Source: a virus (lineage: Duplodnaviria; Caudoviricetes). From it: a DNA stretch of 64,000 nucleotides. Position numbers and translations under genes: made by a program. Below, piece after piece: positions 21,529 through 31,545 of this stretch. The notes below the pieces were generated by a model. It saw only the letters and a program-made list of their open reading frames with translations. It did not search any database and was not told where the DNA came from. How positions within the stretch are numbered: the first letter of the stretch is position 1; every line of letters starts with the position of its first letter. The DNA is taken from the IMG/VR virus record IMGVR_UViG_3300021256_001754, positions 96,001 through 160,000 of that record. One strand, written 5' to 3'.

Positions 21529-21897
21529 CTACGGTTCTACATCCGGCTCTTTCATTGGATTATCATTTATAATTATTTCAAAATGACTATAGGTGCCATC
21601 ACCGTTATTATCGTCATATCTTATCTTTTTATGTAGATCAAAACTACATAAATAGTACATATTACTTAACCATATTTGAGCTGATTCACCATTAGTAAAC
21701 TCTACATTTAATTTTATTTCTGAATCTTCATATTGAATAACAGAGAATGTTTTTATTATACCGGTATATTTATTATAATATCTAGCACCAGAAAAAGAAC
21801 AATCATGATCATCTATCAAAGTAACATTGAGTTTTCTATTAGTGATATATTTTAAAGTCTTGACAAGTTTTCTTCTAGAAATATAATCTTCTTTCAT
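21529..21897 (-). CDS. Hypothetical protein
   Basis: 122 aa, AGGAGG SD. Confidence 0.7.
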   Translation of the reverse strand: MKEDYISRRKLVKTLKYITNRKLNVTLIDDHDCSFSGARYYNKYTGIIKTFSVIQYEDSEIKLNVEFTNGESAQIWLSNMYYLCSFDLHKKIRYDDNNGDGTYSHFEIIINDNPMKEPDVEP

Positions 21898-21966
21898 AAT
21901 ATAACCTCCTAATTTATTTTAAAGTTTTCGTTATTGTAATTATTTATTAAAATAAATTATACTACT

Positions 21967-22287
21967 GATGACCAAAAATATAAATTTTACGGTATGTACC
22001 AAATAACTGTAGAAATCGTGTCTATTTCTGCACCAGCATCTTTTAATGAATTATTATTTGAAATAGGTATAACTAATAATACTCAATTGTATGGTTGTAA
22101 ATCATTTATAATACCAAAACTAGAAGATGATCAAAATATTATATCGACAGGATCAATTTATAACGGAAGCGGAGATCTCTGTAGTAGTAGTGGTGCATAT
22201 ATATTTTGTGTAGTTGGAACAATAAAAATGCATTTATTCGAAACTCCTATAAAAGGAACAATATCAACTAGAATTTATTATAGATAA
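21967..22287 (+). other. Start-less tip cassette B (DDQKYKFYGMYQITV...)
   Basis: ACT-GAT-GAC in frame with ORF 21994; no SD; no ATG between upstream stop 21937 and core. Confidence 0.7.
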
Positions 22288-22298
22288 ATTATATTGCT

Positions 22299-22637
22299 GA
22301 TGATTTGGTGAATATTCGTAACTCTATAGCACGTTTCCAGTTTGGTACAGCTCAGACTTATAATGCTAGATATATAAAAGCACCTCTTGCAGAAAGAATA
22401 ATAACATCTGGTGGGTGGCCATGTATAGCTATTGCAACCGGCAAATCTGGTGCCGATCCATACTTAGCTTTAGGAACAATAGATTGGCTTGGAGGTATTG
22501 GTGAAACTGTTATTACTAAAGGTTGGTCTAGTGCAGTTAAATTTACTGTAACTGATAATAAAACTACTGTTACATTTGATGCTTTATCTTCTGCTTCATA
22601 TATCAAACTTACAGTATTCCAATTTTTCACCGACTAG
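22299..22637 (+). other. Start-less tip cassette C (DDLVNIRNSIARFQFG...)
   Basis: GCT-GAT-GAT-TTG; in-frame stop at 22281; beta-rich tip-like domain. Confidence 0.7.
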
Positions 22638-22643
22638 CAAGCT

Positions 22644-23033
22644 GATGACGTAAATAATATATTTCAAGGTCCAACTATAATGGATGCAAATGCTGCTCCG
22701 GTTGGTATAAGTTTCTTACCAATCGAAGCAGCAAATAACCCTTTAAATTCTTGGGCAACACTTATCACTACTTGTCCACAAGCTAATTATAAACAGCAAA
22801 TATGTACACCATGGTTTAATAATTTTAGAGAAATATGTTTTAGAGTTTATGATTATGATGGTTGGAAATCGTGGTCATTAATTCCATCAACAAGTCTTGG
22901 CGACCCTTTGAATGTAACTAATACAAATTTGTCTTGGACCGCTGCAAGTGGACGACAAAATGATTGTACCCCTGTACATTATGATGGTAGAGCATTTATT
23001 TATGTAGATGGTAATAAATTATACCTTACATAA
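22644..23033 (+). other. Start-less tip cassette D, pyocin-knob-like (DDVNNIFQGPTIMDANAAP...FRVYDYDGWKSWS...)
   Basis: TAG-CAA-GCT-GAT-GAC; DAN...NNP...W..L...QQ.....FR.....WxxW pattern of knob-type fibre domains. Confidence 0.75.
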
Positions 23034-23166
23034 TATCATATTGATAATCTAAAAAGAAATTATCCCTAGGATTAATACCCTAGGGACAATTTATAATTTT
23101 CATAAATAAATTGGGAGATTTATTTTATGACATTATTTTATAGTTGTAAATTAAATCTTTTACAAA

Positions 23167-23177
23167 TATATACTATA
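23167..23177 (+). promoter_or_regulatory. Early-type phage promoter motif TATATACTATA (representative)
   Basis: Exact copies at 336, 11584, 20573, 26966, 27020, 39896 (minus) and 23167, 40371 (plus); variant at 7939; each oriented toward a downstream gene. Confidence 0.75.
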
Positions 23178-23216
23178 ATTGTAGAAACATAAAAACCTAT
23201 ATGGAGGAAATTAAAA

Positions 23217-23804
23217 ATGAGCAATTTAATGATGTGCCCACATTGTGGGAAAGTTTATTTAAAAGAAACACTATCGGCTGATATTCAGGGTAGATATTTT
23301 TGTCCAGATTACGAGGATAGAAATAATGAGCTATTCGAAGTAGATGAGCAGATGGTTGTTGTTTTAAGACGTTTATGGGATTTAGGTTATTGGACAGAAT
23401 TCTGCTGTAGTGGTCATTATTCAGATACCAATCTTCCTTATATTCTGTTTGCTGATAGAGATCTTGCACCATGTACTCATCCTAAGAACTGGTTTATTCA
23501 GGATATAGAGTATTTGGATGATAATGACAAACTTGTTCAGAGTAAAACCGGAATATATGGAATTGTATCTAGTAAGAAAATAACAACACCAGAAGAAAGA
23601 CAGATCCGTAACAATAAGCTTATGAATGAACTGGTTAAGTGGGTTATGGATCTTGAACCTAATCCTATACCAGAAGCTCATGATGCAACAAAATGCTTTA
23701 GAGATGGTGATTCCACATATTATGGAGAAGATGGTTATAATATCTTTCCAGATAAATGGATAACAAAGAGTACACATTGTAGATATAAGAGAAGACCAGA
23801 ATAA
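23217..23804 (+). CDS. Cys-rich (Zn-ribbon) hypothetical protein
   Basis: CPHC, FCP, TEFCCSGH; GGAGG SD and TATATACTATA motif upstream. Confidence 0.75.
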   Translation: MSNLMMCPHCGKVYLKETLSADIQGRYFCPDYEDRNNELFEVDEQMVVVLRRLWDLGYWTEFCCSGHYSDTNLPYILFADRDLAPCTHPKNWFIQDIEYLDDNDKLVQSKTGIYGIVSSKKITTPEERQIRNNKLMNELVKWVMDLEPNPIPEAHDATKCFRDGDSTYYGEDGYNIFPDKWITKSTHCRYKRRPE

Positions 23805-23810
23805 ATGTAT

Positions 23811-23990
23811 TTATAAAGCTGAGGATAATTCCTCAGCTTTCTTTTTCGCATCTTCGACAGATTTACAAGCAAATACTCGTTGTCCGGCAGGATTATTCAT
23901 TATAAGAGTATAACTACCAGCTTCATATTTTATAACAAATTTCAAATCTACTGTATGGTAACAATTACCGCAACTAATCCATTTAATCAT
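23811..23990 (-). CDS. Small hypothetical protein
   Basis: MIKWISCGNC... after AAGGA SD, within ORF-track 23811..24038. Confidence 0.55.
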   Translation of the reverse strand: MIKWISCGNCYHTVDLKFVIKYEAGSYTLIMNNPAGQRVFACKSVEDAKKKAEELSSAL

Positions 23991-24019
23991 AAGAAATATT
24001 TCCTTTCGTATTTTATTTT

Positions 24020-24439
24020 TTATTCTTTTATAAACCATTCATAGAATAATTCAGGTTCTATACCTTCTTTAAAGCAGGATAATAATTTCTCTGCTGATAT
24101 TTCTATAACTTTTTTTCCAATACACATATTTATTATATATGCATCATGATACTTGTTCAATTTCACTTTTTTATCATTTTTAAGTGTTGGTACAGTTAAA
24201 AAACAAGCATCAATGCCTATACAATTTGTAGTTATAAAAATCATTAATCGATGTAACCAATCGAGATAATTTATATATTCTTTTTCACATTCCGATCTAT
24301 ATTCGTTATCTTCTTTATTGTCTTTTAATGGCAGTATGGTCAAATGATTTTCACATATAAAAATACCAATAAAGAATAAGATAACCATAACCAAGAAAAT
24401 ACCAATAGCCACAATAATACTATAATATAATAACTCCAT
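24020..24439 (-). CDS. Membrane-anchored hypothetical protein
   Basis: N-terminal TM, 139 aa. Confidence 0.65.
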   Translation of the reverse strand: MELLYYSIIVAIGIFLVMVILFFIGIFICENHLTILPLKDNKEDNEYRSECEKEYINYLDWLHRLMIFITTNCIGIDACFLTVPTLKNDKKVKLNKYHDAYIINMCIGKKVIEISAEKLLSCFKEGIEPELFYEWFIKE

Positions 24440-24552
24440 ACTTATACCCCCATAAATATTGATTTATAAGAATGTAATAGTGATGCTTATTTTATATATT
24501 TTATTTATATTTCACTTTGAAATAATATAATAATCTATAAGGAGGAAAGTGT

Positions 24553-24729
24553 ATGACATCTTGTAGAGATTGTTCTAGTAGAGTTGTATGGTATCATGGT
24601 ATTGGGAATATGGATAAATGTAAGTTTATACTATGTGGATTTAGACCTAAATTGAGAATGAAACCAAAGACAGTTCCAAAATGGTGTCCACGTATAGATG
24701 AATTGGAAAAGAAAGGAGATAAAGAATGA
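24553..24729 (+). CDS. Small Cys-rich protein (MTSCRDC...PKWCP)
   Basis: Hand-translated 58 aa with GGAGG SD; below ORF-track cutoff. Confidence 0.65.
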   Translation: MTSCRDCSSRVVWYHGIGNMDKCKFILCGFRPKLRMKPKTVPKWCPRIDELEKKGDKE

Positions 24730-24902
24730 ATCCGGTTATATATTTTTTGATAACATATTCAATCGCTATAATATTTAGCTTGTTTATATTTATTATTGTT
24801 AAACTTTATAAAAAATATGGATTGTATGTAGCTGTACCTGTTATTCTTGAAATCGTTATTATAATTCTTATTGCTCTATTGATTCATGAATTAATGTATT
24901 GA
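24726..24902 (+). CDS. Small two-TM membrane protein
   Basis: ATGA overlap with previous gene, AGGAG SD, 58 aa hydrophobic. Confidence 0.6.
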   Translation: MNPVIYFLITYSIAIIFSLFIFIIVKLYKKYGLYVAVPVILEIVIIILIALLIHELMY

Positions 24903-24936
24903 ATAAATATAATATCCATTCTTTTGGATTGCTTTT

Positions 24937-25254
24937 GATGACTTAAAATTCAGGATAAACGATGTTGCTAGAATATATGGTTTTTATAACAAGTTGTATG
25001 TTTATGTCAAAGATCTTTCGGCACAATATTTTTATGGAGCTGCAAAAGTTATTACTGAATATGGTGAAAATACAATTGGATTAATGGGCTACGATGGAAC
25101 ACAAACAGATACAAGTAGCCCTATAAAAACATATAAGCATAATAACAATGGTATGCTCGATATTCAATTTGTTTTCCCAAATACATATACACATGGAGTT
25201 TTATTATTAGGTGGTTCTGTAGTGAGAGGAAAAATAATAGATGGAACAGATTGA
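24937..25254 (+). other. Start-less tip cassette E (DDLKFRINDVARIYGFYNKLYVYV...)
   Basis: TTT-GAT-GAC in frame with ORF 24994; in-frame TAA at 24910, no ATG before core. Confidence 0.7.
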
Positions 25255-25309
25255 TTAAAAGAGAATAAAATACAACATAATCAAACTCGTAAGAAATACA
25301 GTAAATATA

Positions 25310-25337
25310 TCCCAGTAGGATACATTTCCTACTGGGA
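25310..25337. terminator. Terminator (CCCAGTAGG family)
   Basis: Perfect stem. Confidence 0.85.
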
Positions 25338-25342
25338 TTATA

Positions 25343-26224
25343 CTATCTCATAGCATTTGTCATTCTCTTTTCCTCATACATTCTTTTATCAGCCAATTCT
25401 ATTAATTCGGACACTATTTTAGTTTCTGACGAGCTAGCCGCACCAATACTGGTAGATACTTTTATTTTTCGCATTCCAACATACTCTATGTTGTTAAACG
25501 CCCCTAATATGCGGTTCTTAATAGCATCTATATCTAACTTTGATTCAATTTGTGCTACAATACAGAATTCATCTCCACCTATTCTAGCTACTATATTATT
25601 CTCCCCAAATTCACTTCCTAATTCTATAGCAACTTTAATAAGCACGTCATCCCCAAATCCGTGACCATATGTATCGTTTATAATTTTGAATTTATTTATA
25701 TCCAAAAAGAATACTGCATAATCTATATGATTTATCTCATGCATTTTCTCATATTCTTCAATATAAACATCTAATCCTCTTCTATTAAGCAATCCTGTTA
25801 ATGGATCTTTTAATACGAGATCTTCAAGTTGATGTGTATGTCTATCTACTTCAGTTACATCAATAAAGTATCCCCATAGTCCAATAATTTCATTGGTTTT
25901 CTTATCATAAACAGGGAACTTATTAGCAACGATATTTCTATTCTCTCCTCGGATAATGCAATTTCCCCTAGCATTACATATAACTTCCCCATCTTTAATA
26001 ACTTTAATCTCGTCTGATTTAAAAGGTTTAGGATTTACATGCCATTTCATTTCCTCGTCGTTTTTGCCCACAACTTCATCCAAAGTAATTCCATAGTAAT
26101 CTAAAAAGAATTTATTTACCCCCAAAAACTTCCTATCCTTATCCTTCCAAAATATCCCAACATCAATATTATTTAAAATTGAGTCTAATAAAACTTCTGA
26201 GGTAAAAGGTATTAAATTACTCAT
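25343..26224 (-). CDS. PAS-GGDEF diguanylate cyclase
   Basis: PAS (GIFWKDKDRKFLGVN), DPLTGLLNRRG, FKIINDTYGHGFGD, intact GGDEF. Confidence 0.95.
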   Translation of the reverse strand: MSNLIPFTSEVLLDSILNNIDVGIFWKDKDRKFLGVNKFFLDYYGITLDEVVGKNDEEMKWHVNPKPFKSDEIKVIKDGEVICNARGNCIIRGENRNIVANKFPVYDKKTNEIIGLWGYFIDVTEVDRHTHQLEDLVLKDPLTGLLNRRGLDVYIEEYEKMHEINHIDYAVFFLDINKFKIINDTYGHGFGDDVLIKVAIELGSEFGENNIVARIGGDEFCIVAQIESKLDIDAIKNRILGAFNNIEYVGMRKIKVSTSIGAASSSETKIVSELIELADKRMYEEKRMTNAMR

Positions 26225-26317
26225 AAATAACCACCTCTAATCTCATATGGATAATTTAATAAAATGTTTTAGTACAATAAAAAATAAAAGGCAGGTTGAA
26301 TTTCCTGCCTTTTATAT

Positions 26318-26920
26318 TTATCCGTGTGTCCAATTAGTAGCAATATCGAATGTGACACCACTACCATTATGTGTAAAATCTCCAGTATCGGCTACTATAC
26401 CTTTACCGAGAGATGTGTCTACTATACTACCATATGGATATATGTCCCAATCAGCAGCGACCATTATATAGTCTCCAAACATCTTGGCACCATCTTCGCG
26501 AATCCAGTAGTCTCCCTCATATCCCTTCTCTCTGAGGGTGCGTAATACGCCTTTCATATTAAGGTCGTAATACGTCTCTTTTCCACACGGACCATTGAAT
26601 ACACCAAGTTGTTTGGTAAGCTTAGGACCATCTGGAACAGGATTTAATATCTTTATTTTTTCGTCAGATACCAAATCTGCTCTGACATACCCACCACCTT
26701 CAACTGCTAACCATGCAGTATCAGTGATTGAATATTCTATCTGGGTGTTGATTCTGAATGTATCCAGTATCTCTGACTCAGTGTTAGGTTCTGCTCTTAA
26801 CCTAACACCATCCTTTGTGTAACCTGTTGCTGCACAACTACTTAGATTACTAAAAGCAATAACGTAAAATATCGCCATAACTAAAACAACAGCAGCAATT
26901 TTGATAACGTTCTTTTTCAT
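26318..26920 (-). CDS. Secreted SH3b + 3D/RlpA-like cell-wall enzyme
   Basis: Signal peptide, VRLRAEPNTESEIL SH3b, VAAD..IYPYGSIVDTSLG.GIVADTG; start at 26920 has AAGGAGG SD. Confidence 0.75.
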   Translation of the reverse strand: MKKNVIKIAAVVLVMAIFYVIAFSNLSSCAATGYTKDGVRLRAEPNTESEILDTFRINTQIEYSITDTAWLAVEGGGYVRADLVSDEKIKILNPVPDGPKLTKQLGVFNGPCGKETYYDLNMKGVLRTLREKGYEGDYWIREDGAKMFGDYIMVAADWDIYPYGSIVDTSLGKGIVADTGDFTHNGSGVTFDIATNWTHG

Positions 26921-27045
26921 TTTCTCGTCCTCCTTTAAATGAATTTCACGTTTCAACTACATTAATATAGTATATAATTTTAATCCTTCAAAATTACATA
27001 CTATACGTTATATTATTTTTATAGTATATAACCAAAGTAAAAAAT

Positions 27046-27072
27046 ACCCAGTAGGAGTTTATCCTACTGGGT
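27046..27072. terminator. Terminator (CCCAGTAGG family)
   Basis: Overlaps the HAD gene stop. Confidence 0.8.
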
Positions 27073-27520
27073 TATAAAATTTATTACCGTTTAAAATCGC
27101 TAAAGCATATTGTACATGAACCCATCCTAAGCCATTTCTATAAAAATCTGTTTTTACAAAATGTCTTTCTATCTCATCGTCATAGTCTCTAAATCTTTCA
27201 TCGTCTATTACACACCACGCGTCTATGTTTTGGTGTTCGTTCAAATATTTATGGATAGCTGTACCACGTTTACCACCTAGATGATCAACCTGATCAAATA
27301 TAAACAGTTTATGTTCTGCTAATCTACGTTCAAGATATAATAAGTTCTCTTCTATATTCATCCAACTAGAAGTCAAAACTAAGTATGCATTAGATTGTTC
27401 TACAATAGACTGTAATACTTCTATCTTTTCGTCATCTAGTCCAATTATAAATTTACTTAGTCTATCTTGTGTATCTTGACAGTTTAAAACCCCATCTATA
27501 TCAAGAAAAATAACTTTCAT
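27059..27520 (-). CDS. HAD-family hydrolase (Swiss Army Knife RNA-repair-like)
   Basis: IFLDIDGVLN, LTSSW, VIDDE. Confidence 0.88.
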   Translation of the reverse strand: MKVIFLDIDGVLNCQDTQDRLSKFIIGLDDEKIEVLQSIVEQSNAYLVLTSSWMNIEENLLYLERRLAEHKLFIFDQVDHLGGKRGTAIHKYLNEHQNIDAWCVIDDERFRDYDDEIERHFVKTDFYRNGLGWVHVQYALAILNGNKFYNPVG

Positions 27521-27546
27521 ATTACCACCCCCTTATTATATTCATA

Positions 27547-28944
27547 TTAATCTTTATGCTGATTCTTGATTCTAGAATCGTTAATATTATTCATTGTAAT
27601 AATTGTCTCATTTACATATTTCATATCTGCATAGAATACCAAGTTGAGCATTAACTCTTCATCTACAGGGTTCTCAAGACATATTATCTTCTTACCATAA
27701 TCAACTCGTATATCAACGCATCTAGCTTGATCAAATTGTTGTGACAGATACACTTTAGTATCGATAAACATTCTTGGATCTAATCCCATCTTTATAGTAT
27801 AATCTATAACCTGAGTTATATTACCACCACCATTCAGTATAGAAGATATATCGATAGTCTTTTCATTTCTATCTGTCATATAACTTGTAAGAGCAAACTG
27901 AGCCCATCCCTTTTCATTAACAGGTGGAATCTGGAATGGATTGACAGTATATAGAGAAACAGAAGTTTCTGGATCTTTATCATACACAGTAAGTTCATTA
28001 CCAATATACTCTTCTTCAAATAGCACAAAGAAATGAGGTATTGGTATTGTCAATACCGCTTCCATTTCTATATCATAGTTATCGTATAATTTTCCAACCT
28101 GATCCCCATCATTAGGTTGTAATTTATTCAGACAAGATATATGAGTATAGAGATCATCTATTCTCATAAAATAAGCCGGTTGTTGGTTTATTCCTCTCAT
28201 CTTACATATGATAGGAAGATGACTATGTCTATTAAGATAATTTGTCAAATCGCATATATCTTTCTTCTGTATCAGCATCTTTCCAGTCTCTGGATTCTTT
28301 ACTAATTCAAATCCAGCTTTACATGCTAATCCAATAATACATGATTCTGGTATATGAAAATCTATACTGCATCTATCATGCCATGTAGAACCAATCTTAA
28401 AACATAACTCCATTCTATTTAAAGCATCTAATTGTTCAGATCTAGTATTAAATCTAGCTCTAAAAGCAAATGTCATCTTTAAAGCTCTCATACGACAATA
28501 GAGATATTGTTTTGATTCAAAGTCTTTTAAAAATGATTGCTCATAGTCTGAAGTTTTTAAAAAGAGATGCTCGTTACCTTGATATAAATCAATATTCTCT
28601 CTATTGAAATCATACTCTATAGTGGGCACTATAGATAACATTGGTTTTTCTCTTTTGATATTATAATTATTAAACTTTTTCCAGTCTGATAATACATGTT
28701 TACCGTTGATATATACTGTTTTAAAATACTCTTTAGGAAATTTAGCAAGAAACCAATCTCTCATATATTCTATAGCTAAACTATATCCATGTACATATGA
28801 CGGTAAAGATAATTGTTTATATAATTTAGGACGATATAAGAAAAAGTCTATAGGGAGATTTGTAATATGTGTCTGTGCACCATTCTTACGTTTTTCATTT
28901 ACTATCTCTCTAATACTAACTGGTTTAAATCTATTCTCGTTCAT
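27547..28944 (-). CDS. Conserved jumbo-phage protein, probably virion structural
   Basis: 465 aa, AGGAGG SD, ACA-N6-TAA motif at 28963-28974; no diagnostic motif. Confidence 0.5.
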   Translation of the reverse strand: MNENRFKPVSIREIVNEKRKNGAQTHITNLPIDFFLYRPKLYKQLSLPSYVHGYSLAIEYMRDWFLAKFPKEYFKTVYINGKHVLSDWKKFNNYNIKREKPMLSIVPTIEYDFNRENIDLYQGNEHLFLKTSDYEQSFLKDFESKQYLYCRMRALKMTFAFRARFNTRSEQLDALNRMELCFKIGSTWHDRCSIDFHIPESCIIGLACKAGFELVKNPETGKMLIQKKDICDLTNYLNRHSHLPIICKMRGINQQPAYFMRIDDLYTHISCLNKLQPNDGDQVGKLYDNYDIEMEAVLTIPIPHFFVLFEEEYIGNELTVYDKDPETSVSLYTVNPFQIPPVNEKGWAQFALTSYMTDRNEKTIDISSILNGGGNITQVIDYTIKMGLDPRMFIDTKVYLSQQFDQARCVDIRVDYGKKIICLENPVDEELMLNLVFYADMKYVNETIITMNNINDSRIKNQHKD

Positions 28945-29033
28945 AAAGGTTTCCCTCCTTTGTTATATAGATGTAATTCTTAGGATAAATTATGAGGTTG
29001 GGAATTATATCCCAACCTCGTTATATTATACAT

Positions 29034-30074
29034 TTATGACAATGGTTTTATTTCTACAGTCTGAACGTAGTTTTCATTCCAAACTCCATTAGAATCAAGC
29101 CAGCAATATCCTCTACCCTTACTATCCTTGATATAGCAATTCTTAGCCATTGCACCATCACTCTTAAGATAATACCACTGACCCTTATACTTAATCCACT
29201 GATTAGCAAGCATCTTTCCATCAGCACCGAGATAATACCACTCTCCCTTATACTGAAGCCATCTGTTAGTATAAGCAGCACCATCAGAACCAACATAGTA
29301 CCAATCATTTCCGGTCTGAACCCAAGTATTTGCAGCCATTGCACCACTCTTTCCAAGATAATACATCTTACCTTCGTCGGTAATCCATCCAGTCTGCATA
29401 ACACCATTATTATCAAAATAGTACCATACTTCTTTGATTTTATACCAACCATGTGCATTCTGACCAGGAGCTATTCTATAATACCATACTGATCCAGTAT
29501 CTATCCATGTAGGATAATCTGCAGTATCAACATTTGTTGTATTAGGCTGAGCTTTCTTACCTGTAGTAAGATTTGTTGCTGCATGATGGTTCTCATACAA
29601 TAAAATATCTCCAGGGAGAAGATAATCGTCACTTGTGAGATATTTAGAAGCTGTCAATACCTGGAATCCAGCTTTCTTAAATGCTTCTTTCATATTACCG
29701 GAATAGATATCTTTTGAGAGTGATTTAAGTTTAGCTATATTATATTTATATCCGGTAGCCTTTACACATGCAGTAACACCAGCAGTACAATCAGCATCAC
29801 ACTTATTAACGATCTTGCTAGGATCATAATTAGCATACTGAAGCTGAGTCCAGAATGAAGTACGCTTATACTGATTGTACCCAACGTTATCATTCATTGC
29901 TGCTTTATAAGCATTCTCTGCTATAGTATAAGCAACTGTTGGATCTGGATATCTTAATACTACAGTCCAAGGACGATTATACCATCCTATAACAGCCCAC
30001 TCTGTTTTAGTCTGGTCTCCGGCAACTCCACCATGATACTTTCCATTTTCGTCATGTCCACTATTGGAAATCAT
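29034..30074 (-). CDS. Endolysin: NlpC/P60/CHAP-like amidase + choline-binding-type cell-wall repeats
   Basis: DADCTA...GDILL.ENHH catalytic Cys/His; repeated WYYLxxxGxM units. Confidence 0.85.
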   Translation of the reverse strand: MISNSGHDENGKYHGGVAGDQTKTEWAVIGWYNRPWTVVLRYPDPTVAYTIAENAYKAAMNDNVGYNQYKRTSFWTQLQYANYDPSKIVNKCDADCTAGVTACVKATGYKYNIAKLKSLSKDIYSGNMKEAFKKAGFQVLTASKYLTSDDYLLPGDILLYENHHAATNLTTGKKAQPNTTNVDTADYPTWIDTGSVWYYRIAPGQNAHGWYKIKEVWYYFDNNGVMQTGWITDEGKMYYLGKSGAMAANTWVQTGNDWYYVGSDGAAYTNRWLQYKGEWYYLGADGKMLANQWIKYKGQWYYLKSDGAMAKNCYIKDSKGRGYCWLDSNGVWNENYVQTVEIKPLS

Positions 30075-30171
30075 AAGTCTATCCTCCTTTATAGATGATC
30101 ACTAAATTATTATCTTCATGTGAAAGGATATGATAAATTACCAAGAATATATAGCATTTTTCTCACCTTTT

Positions 30172-30423
30172 GATGAAAAACATTATGGAGAAAAATATAT
30201 GAGTGTATATACTGATACAAATGGTAATATAAATTTAACTCAAGAAACAGGTGTTTATCCTACCAATTTTATATCTATTACGGCAGACAACACAGCAAAT
30301 TCATTATTTATATACCCTTATACTTACTATGAAAATTTATATTGTAGAGTAAAGCATGGATTTATAGTTGAAGATTATATCAATCAACGAGCCGATTTTC
30401 ATATAATCTATATAATAGATTAG
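30172..30423 (+). other. Tip cassette F (DEKHYGEKYMSVYTDTNGNINL...FHIIYIID*)
   Basis: TTT-GAT-GAA in frame; resembles A and G; upstream ATG 30130 has an SD-like AAAGGA only 1 nt away. Confidence 0.65.
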
Positions 30424-30614
30424 TGTGCCTGATTTGAGTTATGAATAAGAAAGAGAACTAATACATAGCCAAGATATAAATTATTTTTTTTTAATACGAT
30501 ACATACATATTATTAGAAAGATTGCTGTGGTTACGTTTTGGTTCCTTTCTGTTGTTCATTTCCAGATTAATTTTCAGCAATCTTTCTAAAGCCGTTAAAA
30601 ACTGTGTCATTCGG

Positions 30615-30648
30615 AAATCCCAGTAGGAATTTCTTCCTACTGGGATTT
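30615..30648. terminator. Terminator (CCCAGTAGG family)
   Basis: 15-bp stem. Confidence 0.85.
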
Positions 30649-30654
30649 TTCGTT

Positions 30655-30993
30655 TTACATAAAATATATTGGTTCAATAATCTTCTTTATAGTAACGTGA
30701 GGTGTAGATAAAGCATCGTCATCTTTATTGGCTATCATATCTTCATATCGACTATAGAATCTCTTTCTTTTCCTTTCGATCTGTTCTTCATCCGGAACTA
30801 GATTAAATTCTCTAGCACACTGTATAAGATCAGAATATTCTTCTTTTATATTAGCATCTATCTCTTCCTCTATTTTAGGAGTAGGATTTTCTCCTCTTAA
30901 TTTTCTAACCTTTTTCATACACGCTTGTATTAATTCACTAGCCTCTTCTGCAAGTTGTTCGTACATAGCGGCCTCACCAATACACTCTATCAT
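30655..30993 (-). CDS. MazG-like nucleotide pyrophosphohydrolase
   Basis: QLAEEASELIQA...EEYSDL (EExxE...ExxD). Confidence 0.7.
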   Translation of the reverse strand: MIECIGEAAMYEQLAEEASELIQACMKKVRKLRGENPTPKIEEEIDANIKEEYSDLIQCAREFNLVPDEEQIERKRKRFYSRYEDMIANKDDDALSTPHVTIKKIIEPIYFM

Positions 30994-31107
30994 AATTACG
31001 ATCTCCTTTACGTAAAATATATTAATATAGCGTTATTATGTAATAATCTTACATCTTATTAATTGTATGAAATATTAACCTATCTTATTAAAGGAGGATA
31101 AATTAAA

Positions 31108-31467
31108 ATGAATAATTCAACGTGGACAATTGGCGATTTAACCACAGAGCAGCGTAAAGTTATTGGAAGTGATAAAAACCTTGGGTCTATTATAGAGAAG
31201 GTAATTCTTCCTTCTGCTAAATCTATAGCAGATAAAGCAATTTCTTTTAATAGAGAGATTGTTAAGGTTGTTCCTGTAGATACTACAAATTTCCAGATTC
31301 GTCCAATTATATCCAAGAAGCCAACAGATGAAAAGTACTCGGTTGTTATTTATATTACAAAGGATAGCATTGATGGTGAAAAGGTTGCTGAGTTTACAGG
31401 TGCATTTGCTGATTATGCTTCAGCTGAGAAAGATCTTGCAGAGTTCAACAAAGAATTACTTAAATAA
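31108..31467 (+). CDS. Hypothetical protein (late)
   Basis: AGGAGG SD, ACA-N6-TAA at 31051. Confidence 0.75.
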   Translation: MNNSTWTIGDLTTEQRKVIGSDKNLGSIIEKVILPSAKSIADKAISFNREIVKVVPVDTTNFQIRPIISKKPTDEKYSVVIYITKDSIDGEKVAEFTGAFADYASAEKDLAEFNKELLK

Positions 31468-31545
31468 TAATTATAGGGGATAGGAAATATCCTATCCCTG
31501 TTTAACTTTCTATTAAATACAAATACCCCGGAAAGGAGACTAATT

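Noticed and set aside
22635-22637. In-frame TAG between cassettes C and D suggesting amber recoding (code 15)
   Set aside because: Long core genes have no internal TAG, and TAG ends genes just before terminators (3418, 19351); the standard code fits.
30094-30105. GATGAT at 30094 as the start of cassette F
   Set aside because: Preceded by A and followed by a stop after three codons; the TGATGA at 30171 fits the pattern.
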